Below, one piece after another: positions 50,208 to 64,000 of a DNA stretch of 64,000 nt. Source of the stretch: Azolla caroliniana. Its lineage: Eukaryota; Plantae; Polypodiophyta. The translations under genes were made by a program, and so were the position numbers. The stretch spans positions 7,688,001 to 7,752,000 of the forward strand of contig JBHGNT010000001.1 in assembly GCA_043228905.1 (NCBI GenBank). The letters run 5' to 3'. The notes below the pieces were generated by a model. It did no database searches. It was given only the letters and a program-made list of their open reading frames with translations, and was not told the origin of the DNA. Numbering within the stretch: position 1 is the first letter of the stretch; each line of letters begins with the position of its first letter.

Positions 50208-51915
50208 GCCAACAATGCTTGCCCTATTTATTATTAAGGCTTCATACATTCAAATGGTGGGTACATGCAAACCATAATAATCTTGTTATTAAGATTGATG
50301 AATGATCTTCCAATAATTTTGTGATTGTCAGAGTATATCATACATTGCCAAAACACTTGATGTCATCAGTATGCACGTGAGAATTAACTTGTAAATTCTG
50401 AGTTTTGAAGTTCCAATATGTTATGGCTATTCTAATTTGCAATTATATTGGTCAGGATAACTGGTTGTACTCCCTACCAAATAGCTTGCACCACATCCCT
50501 CGGTCTGGATGGATGGATCTTTTTGTAGACCTCTTCCATCGGAACCAAGCTTGAGTTTCCTACCTCATGGCTCTAACAAATGTTTCCAGTTGGCTCATGA
50601 GCAAACTATCCCTGTGGATGAGGAAAGATAGTAAACCAATTTCTGATTTGTAGAAGAGTTAGAACTAGTTACAATGTGGGTTTTGAACCCTTCCTCTTTC
50701 CAGATGTTCTTTCCATACTCAAGAGAAGGATTTGTATACCTGTATATGTAAACATCCCTCTAAGGCAAATTATCTTATTACTCGTGAATATCGATTCATT
50801 CGGATAGATTGTTCCTTTGGGATTTTGAACTATCCTATTCCTTCTGAATATGGATCCATTCAGATAGATGGTTCCTTTGGGATTTTCTACTACATGGTTC
50901 ATAACCCCTATTTTTCCAATCGACCTTACTACAGAACATATGGTGTAACTTCTAAACTCAATTGTACCATATCTTTAATGATGAATCTTTATAGTGCTAA
51001 ATCTTTCCATTTAATCAACATTTTATTTCAACCTAGTGGTAAGTTCCATTATGAACTCTAAGCCTTCAGTTCAAGGCTTGATGATCATACCTCCGGTAAC
51101 ATTGCCCACAAACAACCTTAGCAGGCATTGATTGTCATTCCGGGTTCAAACCCCCAGTACATTGGTAGATATATAATATTCGTATGAAGCAAGCATGTAG
51201 ACCTTGTGGCCAAATTCTCCCAAAATGCATTAGATGTAAAAAAACAGAAGACTACAAAAAACATTTAGTTTTTTCCAACTATTAACTAAATATTTAGTGT
51301 GGCTATAATTTATAGATAAAAAAAAGTCTCATACTGCAGTATAAACAAAATATACATCACTTTTATTATTATAGACTTCTCTTTTATAGCATGAAACGTG
51401 CCCAAGAAAACCTTCAACACGAACAACAAAAGCCTCATTCAAATGTATTAGAGCTAACAAAATCGAAGCTCAACAAGTTCCATTTATTTCTCTTATCATA
51501 GGAACAAAGTATCACAAAATTTGGGAAGTTGATTGGGTCATGCCATTGCTCTTAGAGAAACGGCCCTCTTCGCAGCACGCACAATGTCATCGATCTACAA
51601 CCATGAAAACCCTTGAATTAGTGTTTCATGTCCACTTCTGAATGATTCAAGGAAAACCAAAATGTCCAAAATGACCAAACCAAACCCCAAGGTTACCTCC
51701 ATATTTTTGGAATGATAAACAAACATCAAGAGTGCAAGTGAAACCCTAAACCACGAAATCCGCAAAAGTGCAAGTGAAGCCCATGGACTAATGTTTTAAC
51801 TCCACATTTTCTGAACATATTTTGAGCACTTAACTTATAAGCCATTACATTAACTAATGTTACACAAAAGCTTCTTGAAAGAGGGAAGAAACTACGGAAG
51901 AACACCAAAATACCC

Positions 51916-52607
51916 CTAAGTTTCTATGAGTTCCAAGAATGCCCCTCTGCAAATTGCCCAAGTCTCTGGAGCATGTGTGGAGAAAATCTGGCCATGGTCG
52001 TTGTCGACGCTTGTTATCTTGTTTAAAGTCACCTCCTCGATGTCGTCTTTAGCAGCTAGATCCTCAATTACTCTAGCCTCGCTCTCTTTATCTCCATTGA
52101 TGCAAGCTTCGATTTGGCTGGTTCCATCATCCGTTGTTTCGAACTCGACGCATGTTCCGAAACATTTGACCTCCTTTGAAATGGCCTTCATCGTCCTCGA
52201 GTCATCATCAATCTTCTTTTCATGTTGGATGCGTTCTTTAGGAGTCTCGACTTCTTTAGATGGTTTTGCTTTTTGTACGCTTGGTCTTACCAAGTCAATA
52301 TCATGGAGCCATTGATGATGCCTGTCGATCTTGTTGCATGCTTGCTTCATCGCAACCCAGTCCGCCACAAGCCCGTTCACTTGGGTATCATCTTCCAGGA
52401 GAGTCCCCAACTCTCATCTATCCTTCATATCCACAACCTTCAAGAAGTACAAACTCTTGTCTTTCTCAAGTAGCACTTGGTCCATGGCGGGGAGACAACC
52501 AAACATCTGGTTGAACTCGTTGTATACCCTCGAGACGCTCGTCTTCTTATTTTTCTTCTCTATCCATTTCATGAGGACATTTCGAGTCATCCTCGTCGAG
52601 TCAGGAC
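51916..52607 (-). mobile_element. Degenerate gag-like ORF, duplicate
   Basis: Copy of 30659-31350 at +21257. Confidence 0.5.
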
Positions 52608-55394
52608 GCGCGCATGCGTGGATGCGTACACTACTACGCGGTCGGGAGTTTTGCGCGCGGACACGTCTATGATTTGGTTGCGACGTACATACGGATTGCG
52701 CACGGGCTAAACTTTATGGATGATTGTGTCATTCGGCCGAATTATACGGACAATCGCATGCAACCAAAAGCCAAGGCCATGCAACTAAAAGTAAAAGGCA
52801 TGCATCTAAAAATGGAAGCATGCAACTAAAAGCAGAGGCCATGCAACTAAAAATAGAGGCCATCCAACTAAAAGTGGGCATGCAAAGTAACATTGGGGAG
52901 GAGGATCAACGAGGAGCTGGATATATGTCCCATTTTTTCCCTCCTAGTTTTTTTTCTTCCTTCTTTTCTTCTTCCCTCTTGGATTCGAGAATCAAATTAT
53001 CTCACATATTGATATCAAACTCCTAGCTTTGTTTACTTGATCTTTCTTGTCAAAAATGATCTCTCGTACCAATCTTCAAACCGTTGACATTTTCACGAAA
53101 TCTTTGGGAATTGACAAGTTTCGATTGAGCTTGGTCTTTCGATCTACGACTTGCCGAGCTTGAGAGGGAGTGATAGCCAACCGGTGTTGTGATGTGGCGC
53201 ACCGAACGTGGGAAAAGTCGATGAACAAGGGCCAAAATGTGTATGTGCAATGTCCATGCACACAGGCAATTATTTGTGCACATGCTATTTATAATGGAAA
53301 ATGAAGGGCGCGAAGGAGGCACACAAAATCATGGGGGGTGGAAAGAAAGAGAGAGGAGAGATGAAAAGTAGGAGAGAGAAGGAAACAGTCTGTGTATTTT
53401 TTGATATAGAATAAATATTAAGTAAGAGAGAATTAATGGCTTAGTGATTAAAGAAATTGACCTTTAACTAGAGATGCACAATTCGAATCCAATTTGACAA
53501 TATTACATGATTTAAGGAGACTTACTCCTTTTGCATTAAATCCAAATGGATAAAAGGAGTACAAGGGGGCTCATTTTTGGGAGGAGACTATCGCCATTTT
53601 CGTTTTGAGAGCTCTTCATTTTTATCTTCACCATTTTGGGGAGAAACTCTTACTCTTCCTTGGTCTATTAATTACTAATAAACTCTTAACAATGACACAT
53701 GAGCTTCTATAGTTGCTAGAGAGTGAGTGAGTGGTTTAGTGAGAGGGTGACCTTGTATAAAGCACCCTCCTCATACTTTGTAAAGTGTCGGTTAATCTTC
53801 TATGTAATGCTATTATCCTTGTTCTTGCTATTCTCTACTCATTGTCAATATACATCTTGAGTATTCTATTTTCCTATCTATCTTGTGTCTCTCCTCTCTC
53901 CTTTTTCACACACATATAACACACATCTCTAATATATTCCGTTGGATAAAATCACACTCGATTCTTTACACGTCATTATATATCATTCTTTCCTATAGTG
54001 TTGATGTAGGATCATTGCCTTAGGTCAAGCAATAGGTATCAAATATCTCTTAACACAAATTGCAACAGATATGTATCAAATACTTGTGCTCTAATCTCCA
54101 CATGCTAGGTTTCTCTCAAGTAACAACTACTCAAATTCATAGTAATGGTTGAGGCAACGTTAATTTTCTTCATACCTATGTTGAAATCTTGGTATTTGAA
54201 AAGGCGAAGATTGCAATTTCCTCCTCTTGATAGTAAAATAAATCACATGGTGACTTTTTGTATTTTCAATGGCTACTACCATGACTTTAGAAAAACCCAC
54301 ATTAACTAATAGGCCATTCCATTCACAAAGAGGTAGCATGTTGTACCTAAAAGTTTTCGAAACTTATGTTAAAATGGGCCAAAAACTAGAACCTCCCATT
54401 TATAAATAGAAAGTAAGATAGTGAAAATGTTAAAAAGCCAAACTTTTCTCGCGTTCTACCAAAGTTTCTTGAATGAACTCTTCTTGTTAACCAACAAATA
54501 AAACAAATAGAGTAGGTGATAAACCACATCCTTATTTCACTCCCATGGTGAGCATGATCTCTTTAGAGACGTTATTTTCAATCTTTAACCAACATTTTAC
54601 TTGACAATATAAGCGAGTCAAATTTGTTTCCACATGGAAAATAAGTAGCTTCCTCTAAATAAAATAGATGTCAATATAACTTGAGGGGAGAATGAATACC
54701 TAAATATGCTTCTAGATGTTTTCAAAGCTCAAAAACTACACTTACTATTTGTGAAATTAGCGAACTAGTTTTGTCAATGTGCATGATGAGTAGACTTGTC
54801 TATAACTAACATGTTTATGTTTTGTCTATAACACCTGTAGTTTTGTGCGGAAAAATAGAAGTCCGTGTAAAACTGAGTTGTAATGTAGGGCCATATTGTT
54901 CTTGCAGCCAAGCCCACTATATGAGCAACAAGTGCAACAAGTCTTCATGATGATGTACAAGAAAATATCTAGGGGGCTACAATGAAGTCATTCCATTAAA
55001 AATACAAAAAGTCCACGGACCACGATGCCCACGATGAAATCAATCCATTCTGGCTAATCTCGATGTATTCATTTATGGCGATGGGATTGATTATTACATA
55101 GTCAAGAGTATATTTTCCAAGAGTGAGTACGTTATTCAAAATCTACATAATGTACAAACCAAACCTATTGGATGCGGCAAAAGTAAAAGTTCAAATTTTA
55201 TAATATTTATTACGCAAGATAACCCTGTCACATGGAAGTGGAGCCTCACCTTTGAAGGTTATGAGTCAGGACTTCCTCCATTAAAACAAATGGATCTTAA
55301 GGATTGGGAAAAGAAAAAAGTGATGTAGTGATGATAACCTCAAGAACTGTCGTGTAAGACTAAAACAAGCGATTAGAGAAAGAGAGGGAGAGAC

Positions 55395-55549
55395 ATGGCA
55401 TATGTGCAAGTAGATCAAGAAATAAGAGAGCGGGTTGTGAAGGAAGAGATGGTGAGGTTGAGCAGCAGGAGAAGTAGAAGCAACAATGGAAGTAGGGAGG
55501 ACGAATCGAGTGTGGTGGAACAAATGTTTGTGTCGCCCATCGACACAAT
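55395..55549 (+). pseudogene. A-type BAHD exon-1 5' fragment, duplicate
   Basis: Copy of 34138-34292. Confidence 0.88.
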
Positions 55550-55857
55550 GTGCTTCTTCCAGCACTCGCTTTCTCTGTGGCCCTTTTTACCATAGTACCA
55601 ACATTCCGTGTCGGCCTTGGCTTGCCAGCCTCTGGCTCCGCCTTGACTCCCCCTACTTGTGGAGGGTCCGGAACTGTTGTTAGCACGTTCTTTGTGCCTT
55701 CGGTCCTTCTCTTGCCAGCCGCTACCATTGCGAGCCGACCCGCCTCGTCCACCACGCCCACGAGGCCGATCCGCCTCCGTGTACAACATCCAGTTGTCAT
55801 TGGCTGCACTTGTTGATGCACCAGCGTGGTTCTCCTCTACAAGGATCATCAAATGTA
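55550..55857 (-). mobile_element. Inverted copia gag fragment, duplicate
   Basis: Copy of 34293-34600. Confidence 0.8.
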
Positions 55858-57701
55858 AGTCGAAACATGACAACGTATTCTCCCTTGTACATACCGCCAT
55901 TTTGGGGGAGACTATCGCCATTTTCGTTTTGAGAGCTCTTCATTTTTATCTTCACCATTTTGGGGAGAAACTCTTGCTCTTCCTTGGTCTATTGATTAGT
56001 AATAAACTCTTAACAATGACACATGAGCTTCTATAGTTGCTAGAGAGTGAGTGAATGGTTTAGTGAGAGGGTGACCTTATATAAAGCACCCTCCTCGTAC
56101 TTTGTAAAGTGTCGGTTAATCTTCTATGTAATGTTATTATCCTTGTACTTGCTATTCTCTACTCATGTCAATATACATCTTGAGTATTCTATTTTCCTAT
56201 CTATCTTGTGTCTCTCCTCTCTCCTTTTTTACACACATATAACACACCTCTCTAATCTATTCCGCTGGATTGAATCACACTCGATTCTTTACACGTCATT
56301 ATATGTCATTCTTTCCTATATTATTGATGTAAGATCATTGCCTTAGGTCAAGCACTAGGTATCAAATATCTCTTAACACAATTTTCAATAGATATGTATC
56401 AAATACTTGTGCTCTAATCTCCATGTGCTAGGTTTCTCTCAAATAACGACAACTCAAATTCACAGTAATGGTTGAGGCAACATTAATTTTCTTCATATAT
56501 TTGAAAAGGCGAAGTTGCAATTTCCTCCTCTTGATGGTAAAATATAAATCACATGGTGACTTTTTGTATTTTCAATGGCTACTACCATGACTTTGGAAAA
56601 ACCCACATTAACTAATAGGCCATTCCATTCACAAAGAGGTAACATGTTGTACCTAAAAGTTTTCGAAACTTATGTTAAAATAGGCCAAAAACTAGAACCT
56701 CCTATGTATAAATTGAAACTAAGATAGTGAAAATGTTGAAAAGGCCAAATTTTCTCACGTTCTACCAAAGCTTCTTGAATGAACTCTTCTAGTTAACCAA
56801 CAAATAAAATAGATAGAGTAGGTGATAGATCACATCCTTATTTCACTCCCATGGTGAGCATGATCTCTTTAGAAAAGTTATTTTCAATCTTCAACCAACA
56901 TTTTACTCGATAATATAAGCGAGCCAAATTTGCTTCCACATGGAAAATAAGTAGCTTCGTCTAAATAAAATAGATGTCAATATAACTTGAGGGGAGAATG
57001 AATACCTAAATATGCTTCTAGATGTTTTCAAAGCTCAAAAACTACACTTACTATTTGTGAAATTAGCGAACTAGTTGTGTCAATGTGCATGATGAGTAGA
57101 CTTGTCTATAACTAACAATTTTATGTTTTGTCTATAACACCTTTAGTTTTGTGCGGAAAAACAGAAGTCCGTGTAAAGCTAAGTTGTAATGTAGGGCCAT
57201 TTTGTTCTTGCGGCCAAGCCCACTATATGAGCAACAAGTGCAACAAGTCTTCGTGATGATGTACAAGAAAATATCTAGGCGGCTATAATGAAGTCATTCC
57301 ATTAAAAATACAAAAAGTCCACGGAACATGATGCCCACGATGAAATCAATCCATTCTGCCTAATCTCGGTGTATGCATTTATGGCGATGGGATTGATTAT
57401 TACATAGTCAAGAGTAAATTTTCCAAGAGTGGTACGTTATTCAAAATCTACATGATGTACAACCCAAACCTATTGGATGCGGCAAAAGTAAAAGTTCAAA
57501 TTTTATAATATTTATTACACAAGATGAGTACCCTGTCACATGGAAGTGGAGCCTCACCTTTGAAGATTATGAGTTATGACTTCCTCCATTAAAACAAATG
57601 GATCTTAAGGATTGGGAAGAGAAAAAAGTGATGAAGTGATGATAAGCTCAAGAAATGTTGTGTAAGACAAAACAAGAGATTAGAGAAAGAGAGGGAGAGA
57701 C

Positions 57702-60700
57702 ATGGAATATGTGCAGGTAGATCAAGAAATAAGAGTGCAGGTTGTGAAGGAAGAGATGGTGAGGCCGAGCAACAATGGAAGTAGGGAGGGCTAATTGAGG
57801 GTGGTGGAACAAATGTTTGTGTCGGCCATCGGCATGATCGACATGGTCGAATTCTCTTCTACGAAGCAAGCCCCACCCTAGGCTTTGGCGGACATTACGA
57901 ACACTTGGAAAACATCATGAAGAGGTCATTGGGGTTGGCATTGAACGAGTTCTACCCGCTCGCGGGACGCCTCCACATGGATGCCAATGGCCGGCTCGAC
58001 GTGGTGTACGATGCTACGGGTGTCCCTTTTGTGGAGGTTGTGGTCCAGGGAGAGGGAGAGACATGGCATATGTGTAGGTATATCAAGAAATAAGAGTATG
58101 GGTTGTGAAGGAAGAGATGATGAGGCCAAGCAGCAGGAGAAGTACAAGCAGCAATGGAAGTAGGGAGGACGAATCAAGTGTGGTGGAACAAATGTTTGTG
58201 TCGCCCATCGACACAATGTACCCCAAGGCGCTACACTTCGAGTGTGGTGGCATTCAAGCGTGGAGGCATTGCACTTGGGGTTTCTCGAAGCCATATTCTG
58301 TTGGGGCTTGTCCACTCAAGTGGAGCCCACAACATTAAGTCGGCCGAACGCCGAATAGACTTAATACTAATTAGTTCTATTTAAATATATATATATATGT
58401 ATGTATGTCTCCTTTTTTCTTTTTGTATGTTGTTTTTGGGCAAGTGTCTTTTGTATATGTGAGTGTGAACACAGGTTTGTAGAAGTTGGACAAAGAAAAG
58501 AAGAAAAGGAAAAAGGAGAGACATCGTGACCTGTTTTTTTTTGTGAGAAAGAAAACAGAGAGCAAAAACTGGTTTTTCTGAGAGAGAAAACAGAGAACGA
58601 AAACTGATTGTTTTTTTGAGAGTGTGCAGAGAGAGAAAATAGAAAATAGAAAGAGAGAAACAGAAATTGAAAGAGCGAGCAAGGGGAAGAGTGAACTACT
58701 GTCACAAATACAGAGACCACGATTGAACAACACCTGTCCTGTCTACTTGTTTCATGTTTCTTCGTTTTATGTTTTTCTAGTTTCTTTTTTATTTGGTTTT
58801 CTATCCACACCCAATTGGGTGAGGAATTATAATTTGGGTCATTGTTGTATCTACCCAATCGGGTGAAGAATTGTAGCCGAGGTTGTTGCCTTGAAGTAGA
58901 TACATTCCTCTAGTGAGGTAGTATTTCATTGTAATCCAAATTATAGTGAAATTGTTTGGAACCTACGGTTCCCGTGGTTTTTCCCTATTTTGGGTTTTCC
59001 ACGTAAAAATCTTGGTGTACTCTCATTTTCGTCTTGTGGTTTCATCTATTGGTTATCAAGTGTTAATTGTGTTTGAAGTTTTAATTATCCCGATTCCGCT
59101 CCATATTCCCAACAAGTGGTATCAGAGCAGAGGTTCATACCTCCGCAAAGACTTGGAATATGGATGAATCATTAGGCGGGATGATTAAACTGACGGGTTC
59201 CAACTACCCCATTTGGAAGTCCAAAATGAGGGACATGTGGTTGCCCGTACTACATGGTACGAGCAAACCCGAGAAAATAGATGCATTAACCTGGGACACT
59301 ATGCATCTAAAGACATCTGCATACATCCGATGTTTTATAGACATGAGTCTATATAACAATTTCTGTGATGAAACCAAAGCAAACGAGTTATGGAGAAAAA
59401 TCGAGAGTATGTTTCAGACCGAAAATGCTTTGAATAGAGTCTCCGTGTTTAGGAAACTTGTAAGACTTAGGTATCAAGATGGCTCTAGTATGGCAGAGCA
59501 TCTTAATACGTTTCAAGGATTTATAAGTCAAACTGTCTCTCTAGATATACCTCTAGCAAATGAGGTGTTGACCTTGTTATTGTTAGGCTCTCTCCCAGAT
59601 AGTTGGGAAACCCTTGTTGTGACGCTTGGGACTGCAACACAACAAAAAGACCTAACATTGGACATGCTTAAGTCGAATCTTCTACATAAAGCCTTAGTCA
59701 TAGAAAACAACTCCTCTAGAGGAAGAAACCATGGTAGGGGTCCACAAAATCACAGAAATAATTCTAAGGGGAGGTCTAAATCTAGAAATAGGAAAGACTC
59801 TAAGAAAGACTTCACGTGTCACTACTGTGGTGGTCTAAACCACTATGAAAGAGATTGTAGGAAGAAAAAGAGGGGCCAAAAGAGTGGAACTATTGACAAC
59901 AAGAAAAATGATTCCACGACAGCCGCATGTGATGGTGATATCATCATCGCGTGTGATGATGCTTGTGTCAACTTAGCATCCCAAGAAACCGATTGGATTA
60001 TCGATTCGGGAGCCTCGTACCACATTACCCCATATCGGGAAATGTTCTCGTCATATGCCGGTGGTGACTTTGGTAAAGTCAAAATGGCAAACCACGGCGT
60101 GATTGAGGTCGTTGGCATAGGAAATATAATTCTGACCACGGATATGGGTTGCAAACTAGTATTAAAAGATGTTAGGCATGTGCCAGACATTCGGCTGAAT
60201 ATTATTTCAGCCGGTAAGCTTGATGATGAGGGTTACACAAATTCCTTTGGTGAAGGAAAATGGAAGCTTATCAAAGGCTCGCTAGTATTAGCAAAATGTC
60301 TAAAACAGAATTCCCTCTATGTACTTCATGCTGTGGTGTCCGGCGGAGAGGTAAATGTAGCCAACAAGGATGCCTCGATTGAGCTATGGCATAAGAGACT
60401 TGGGCACATGAGTCAAAAGGGACTCGATGTTCTAGCAAGGAAGAACATCTTCCCGGACATAAAAGGGATGCACTTGGAAACTTGTGTTGATTGCTTGCCC
60501 GGCAAACAACACAGAGTTGCTTTTCAACATCTGCCCCCCAAAAGAAAATTTTAGCCATTGGAATTGGTGCACACAGACTTGTGCTATATGAAAGATAGAA
60601 CTCTTGGGGGAGCATTGTACTTTGCCACATTTATCGATGACTTCTCGAGGAAGTTGTGGTGCTTTGCATTAAAGTCTAAAGATCAAGTGTTTGAAATCTT

Positions 60701-63700
60701 TAGGAACTTTCATGTAAGTGTGGAAAGAGAAACTGGAAGAAAGCTGAAATGTATCTGTGCCGATAACGACGGTGAATATCAGGGACGATTTGAGGAATAT
60801 TGTCGTGAGCATGGTATTAGACTAGAGAGAAGTGTCCCGAAAACACCTCAGCACAATGGTGTGGCTGAGAGGAGGAATAGGACAATTTGTGAGCGGATAA
60901 GATGTATGTTATCCCACTCAAAATTGTCTAAATCCTTTTGGGGTGAAGCAATGAGGACTGCAATTGACCTCATAAACCTGTCTCCGTCAGCCCCCTTGGA
61001 TGGCGATGTTCCCGAGAGGGTTTGGACAGGCAAAGATGTGTCATACAAACACTTGAGAGTATTTGGCTGTAGGGCCTACGTTCACATCCCAAAAGATGAA
61101 AGATCCAAGCTTGATGACAAATGCAAACCATGCATATTCTTGGGATACGGCCATGAGGAATTCAGCTATAGACTTTATGACCCAGTAGAGAAGAAGGTCA
61201 TTAGAAGCAGGGATGTGGTATTCCTTGAGGATCAGACCTTACAAGATCCGGAGCCGAATGAAATGCCGGATCTCACCCCTGAATTTTCAGTCACTGAACA
61301 CCCAATGCCTACCCCAGACACAAAAGGTCATGGGGGAGATACCGAGGAGTATGATGATATGGCTGATGATGCAGCCGACAATGATGATGGGCAGAATCAT
61401 GACCATCATACTCTAGGTGACATTTCAGCAGCTCCTCTGGAAGAGGAAGAGGTTAGAAGGTCTATGAGACAAAGAAGACCTTCTACGAGATACAACCCAC
61501 ATGAATATGTGATGCTTTCAGATGGAGGAGAGCCAGAAAGCTTTAGAGAAGCTATGGCAAATGATCATGAGGAATGGCTTGATGTCATGAGTGATGAGAT
61601 GAAGTCTTTGCAAGAAAAAGGGAATTGATTTCGAGGAGATTTTCTCACCAGTGGTGAAGATGTCCTCGATCAGAGTTGTACTTGGGATCGCAGCCAGTCT
61701 CAATCGAGAAACTTGATGTAAAAACTGCCTTCCTCCATGGCGATTTGGAAGAAGAGATTTACATGGATCAACCCGAAGGGTTTGGTGTCAAAGGTAAGGA
61801 AAACCTGGTATGCAAGTTAAAGAAGAACTTGTACTGCCTAAAACAAGCTCCTAGACTTTGGTACAAAAAGTTTGACTCCTTTATGTTGAACCATGGGTAT
61901 AATAGAACAAACACAGACCATTGTGTGTTTGTTAAGAAATTCCTAGATGGGGATTTTGTCATTTTGCTCTTGTATGTTGATGATATGTTGATTGTTGGTC
62001 AAGACACCAACAAGATTGAGAAGTTGAAAAAGGAACTCAGCAAATCTTTTCCCATGAAGGACTTGGGACCAGCCAAGCAAATCCTTGGGATGAAGATAAC
62101 CAGGGACAGGTTAAGCAAAAGACTTTGGTTGTCTCAAGAAAAGTACATTGAGAAGGTACTCGAGAGATTCAACATGGCTAAGAGTAAGCCGGTCAACACT
62201 CCACTCGCGGGCCACTTTAAATTTAGCTCAACTCAATGCCCTACGAGTGATGAAGAGCAAGAAGGAATGAAACAAATACCATATGCCTTTGTAGTCAGTA
62301 GTTTAATGTATGCTATGGTATGCACAAGGCCGGACATTGCTCACACAGTTGGTGTAGTGAGCTGTTTTCTCTCGAACCTTGGAAAAGATCATTGGGAAGC
62401 AGTGAAATGGATCCTGCGATATCTGAGGGGTACCTCAAGAGTCTGTCTAAAATTTGGTGAGAACCAAACTATATTAGATGGATATACAGATGCCAATATG
62501 GCTAGTGATGTTGACTCCAGAAAGTCTACATCTGGTTACCTAATGATCTTTGCAGGGGGAGCGGTCTCTTGGCAATCGAGATTGCAAAAATGTGTGGCAT
62601 TATCCACAACGGAGGCTGAGTATATTGTTGCCACAGAAGCTAGTAAGGAATTGTTATGGCTAAAGAAATTCCTACAAGAGTTGGGGCTGACCCAAGAACG
62701 GTACATTTTGTATTGTGATAGCCAAAGTGCTATCCACTTAAGCAAGAATTCTTCCTTTCACTCTAAGTCAAAACACATAGACGTTAGATACCATTGGATT
62801 AGAGATGTGCTTGAAGAAAAGCAAATGCACATTGAAAAGATTCACACAAACAAGAATGGTTCCGACATGATGACAAAATGTTTGTCAAGGGAGAAGCTTG
62901 AAGTTTGCAAACAAAAGGAAAACCTAGTTGTGCCCCCCACTTGAGATGGAGGGGGAGAATTTGTTGGGGCTTGTCCACTCAAGTGGAGCCCACAACATTA
63001 AGTCGGCCGAACGCCGAATTGACTTCATACTAATTAGTTGTATTTAAATATATATATATATATATGTATGTATGTCTCCTTTTTTCTTTTTGTATGTTGT
63101 TTTTGGGCATGTGTCTTTTGTATGTGTGAGTGTGAACACAGGTTTGTAGACGTTGGACAAAGAAAAGAAGAAAAGGAAAAAGGAGAGACATCGTGACCTG
63201 TTTTTTTCTATGAGAAAGAAAACAGAGAGCAAAAACTGGTTTTTCTGAGAGAGAAAACAGAGAACGAAAACTGATTTTTTTTTTGAGAGTGTGCAGAGAG
63301 CGAAAATAGAAAATAGAGAGAGAGAAACAGAAATTGAAAGAGTGAGCAAGGGGAAGAGTGAACTACTGTCACAAATACAGAGACCTACGAGGGGTTGTTC
63401 GTGCTATCAAAGAACCACGATTGAACAACACCTGTCCTGTCTACTTGTTTCAGGTTTCTTCGTTTTATGTTTTTCTAGTTTCTTTTTTATTTGGTTTTCT
63501 ATCCACCCAATTGGGTGAGGAATTATAATTTGGGTCATTGTTGTATCCACCCAATCGGGTGAAGAATTGTAGCCGAAATTGTTGCCTTGAAGTAGATACA
63601 TTCCTCTAGTGAGGTAGTATTTCATTGTAATCCAAATTATAGTGAAATTGTTTGGAACCTACGGTTCCCGTGGTTTTTCCCTATTTTGGGTTTTCCACGT

Positions 63701-64000
63701 AAATATCTTGGTGTACTCTCATTTTCGTCTTGTGGTTTCATCTATTGGTTATCAAGTGTTAATTGTGTTTGAAGTTTTAATTATCCCGATTCCGCTCCAT
63801 ATTCCCAACATATTCTTTGTGATGGACACTCGTATTGGCACTTCATGGTTTTGTGGGCCGAGTGTGCAAGAGGTGAACCCCTCCCTAGAAAAAGTTGTAA
63901 TACACCTCAACCATATCGAGGATGAAGACAACCACTTGGGGAAAGGGGGTTCTATCAAATGAACACATTCCTCCTCACAAAGAACACGATGGAAACCTGG
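57702..64000 (+). pseudogene. A-type BAHD pseudogene interrupted by copia copy 3; it runs off the window end
   Basis: ATG 57702, restart ATG 58063, insertion in the HILCD codons, exon 2 resumes at 63811. Confidence 0.9.
58299..63810 (+). mobile_element. Ty1/copia LTR retrotransposon, copy 3
   Basis: 5' LTR 58299-59114, PBS 59117-59128, ORFs 59160-60554, 60558-61628 and 61676-62944, 3' LTR 62962-63810 (849 bp, no internal duplication), TSD TATTC at 58294-58298 and 63811-63815. Confidence 0.97.

Larger units (their letters stand above)
20709..62961 (+). repeat. Recent tandem segmental duplication: unit 1 ~20709-41704, unit 2 ~41705-62961 (offset ~21000 before the 44.3-44.7 kb indels, 21257 after)
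   Basis: Matching ORFs sit at constant offsets: 22285/43285, 24777/46034, 28156/49413, 30659/51916, 37903/59160, 40419/61676. Confidence 0.96.

Overview
Plant nuclear DNA. The degenerate retroelement peptides resemble ones I recall from ferns or other seed-free plants, but the host is not established. The window is a tandem array of two-exon BAHD acyltransferase genes (HXXXD = HILCD/HVLCD, N/DFGWG, conserved phase-0 'Q' intron), all on the + strand. It is built from a three-paralog cassette (types A-B-C) repeated about 3.3 times. I count 12 BAHD loci or fragments. Only two are intact (A at 1662-3275 and B at 24134-25748, each 455 aa), and they lie in different cassettes. A defective Tnt1/Tork-like Ty1/copia element inserted once into the catalytic HILCD codons of an A-type copy (TSD TATTC) and now occurs three times (16004-21993, 37042-42993, 58299-63810) through segmental duplication. 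The youngest duplication has a period of 21.0-21.26 kb. Its middle copia copy is chimeric (left like copy 3, right like copy 1), as expected from unequal crossing-over inside the element. The rest consists of older retroelement relics, short tandem repeats, microhomology-bounded deletions, a 211-bp insertion with an 18-bp flanking duplication, a 67-bp inverted repeat and a tRNA-like relic. I see no wholly new molecular machinery. The novelty is an uncharacterised DCR/EPS1-like BAHD subfamily caught in retrotransposon-associated birth-and-death evolution.
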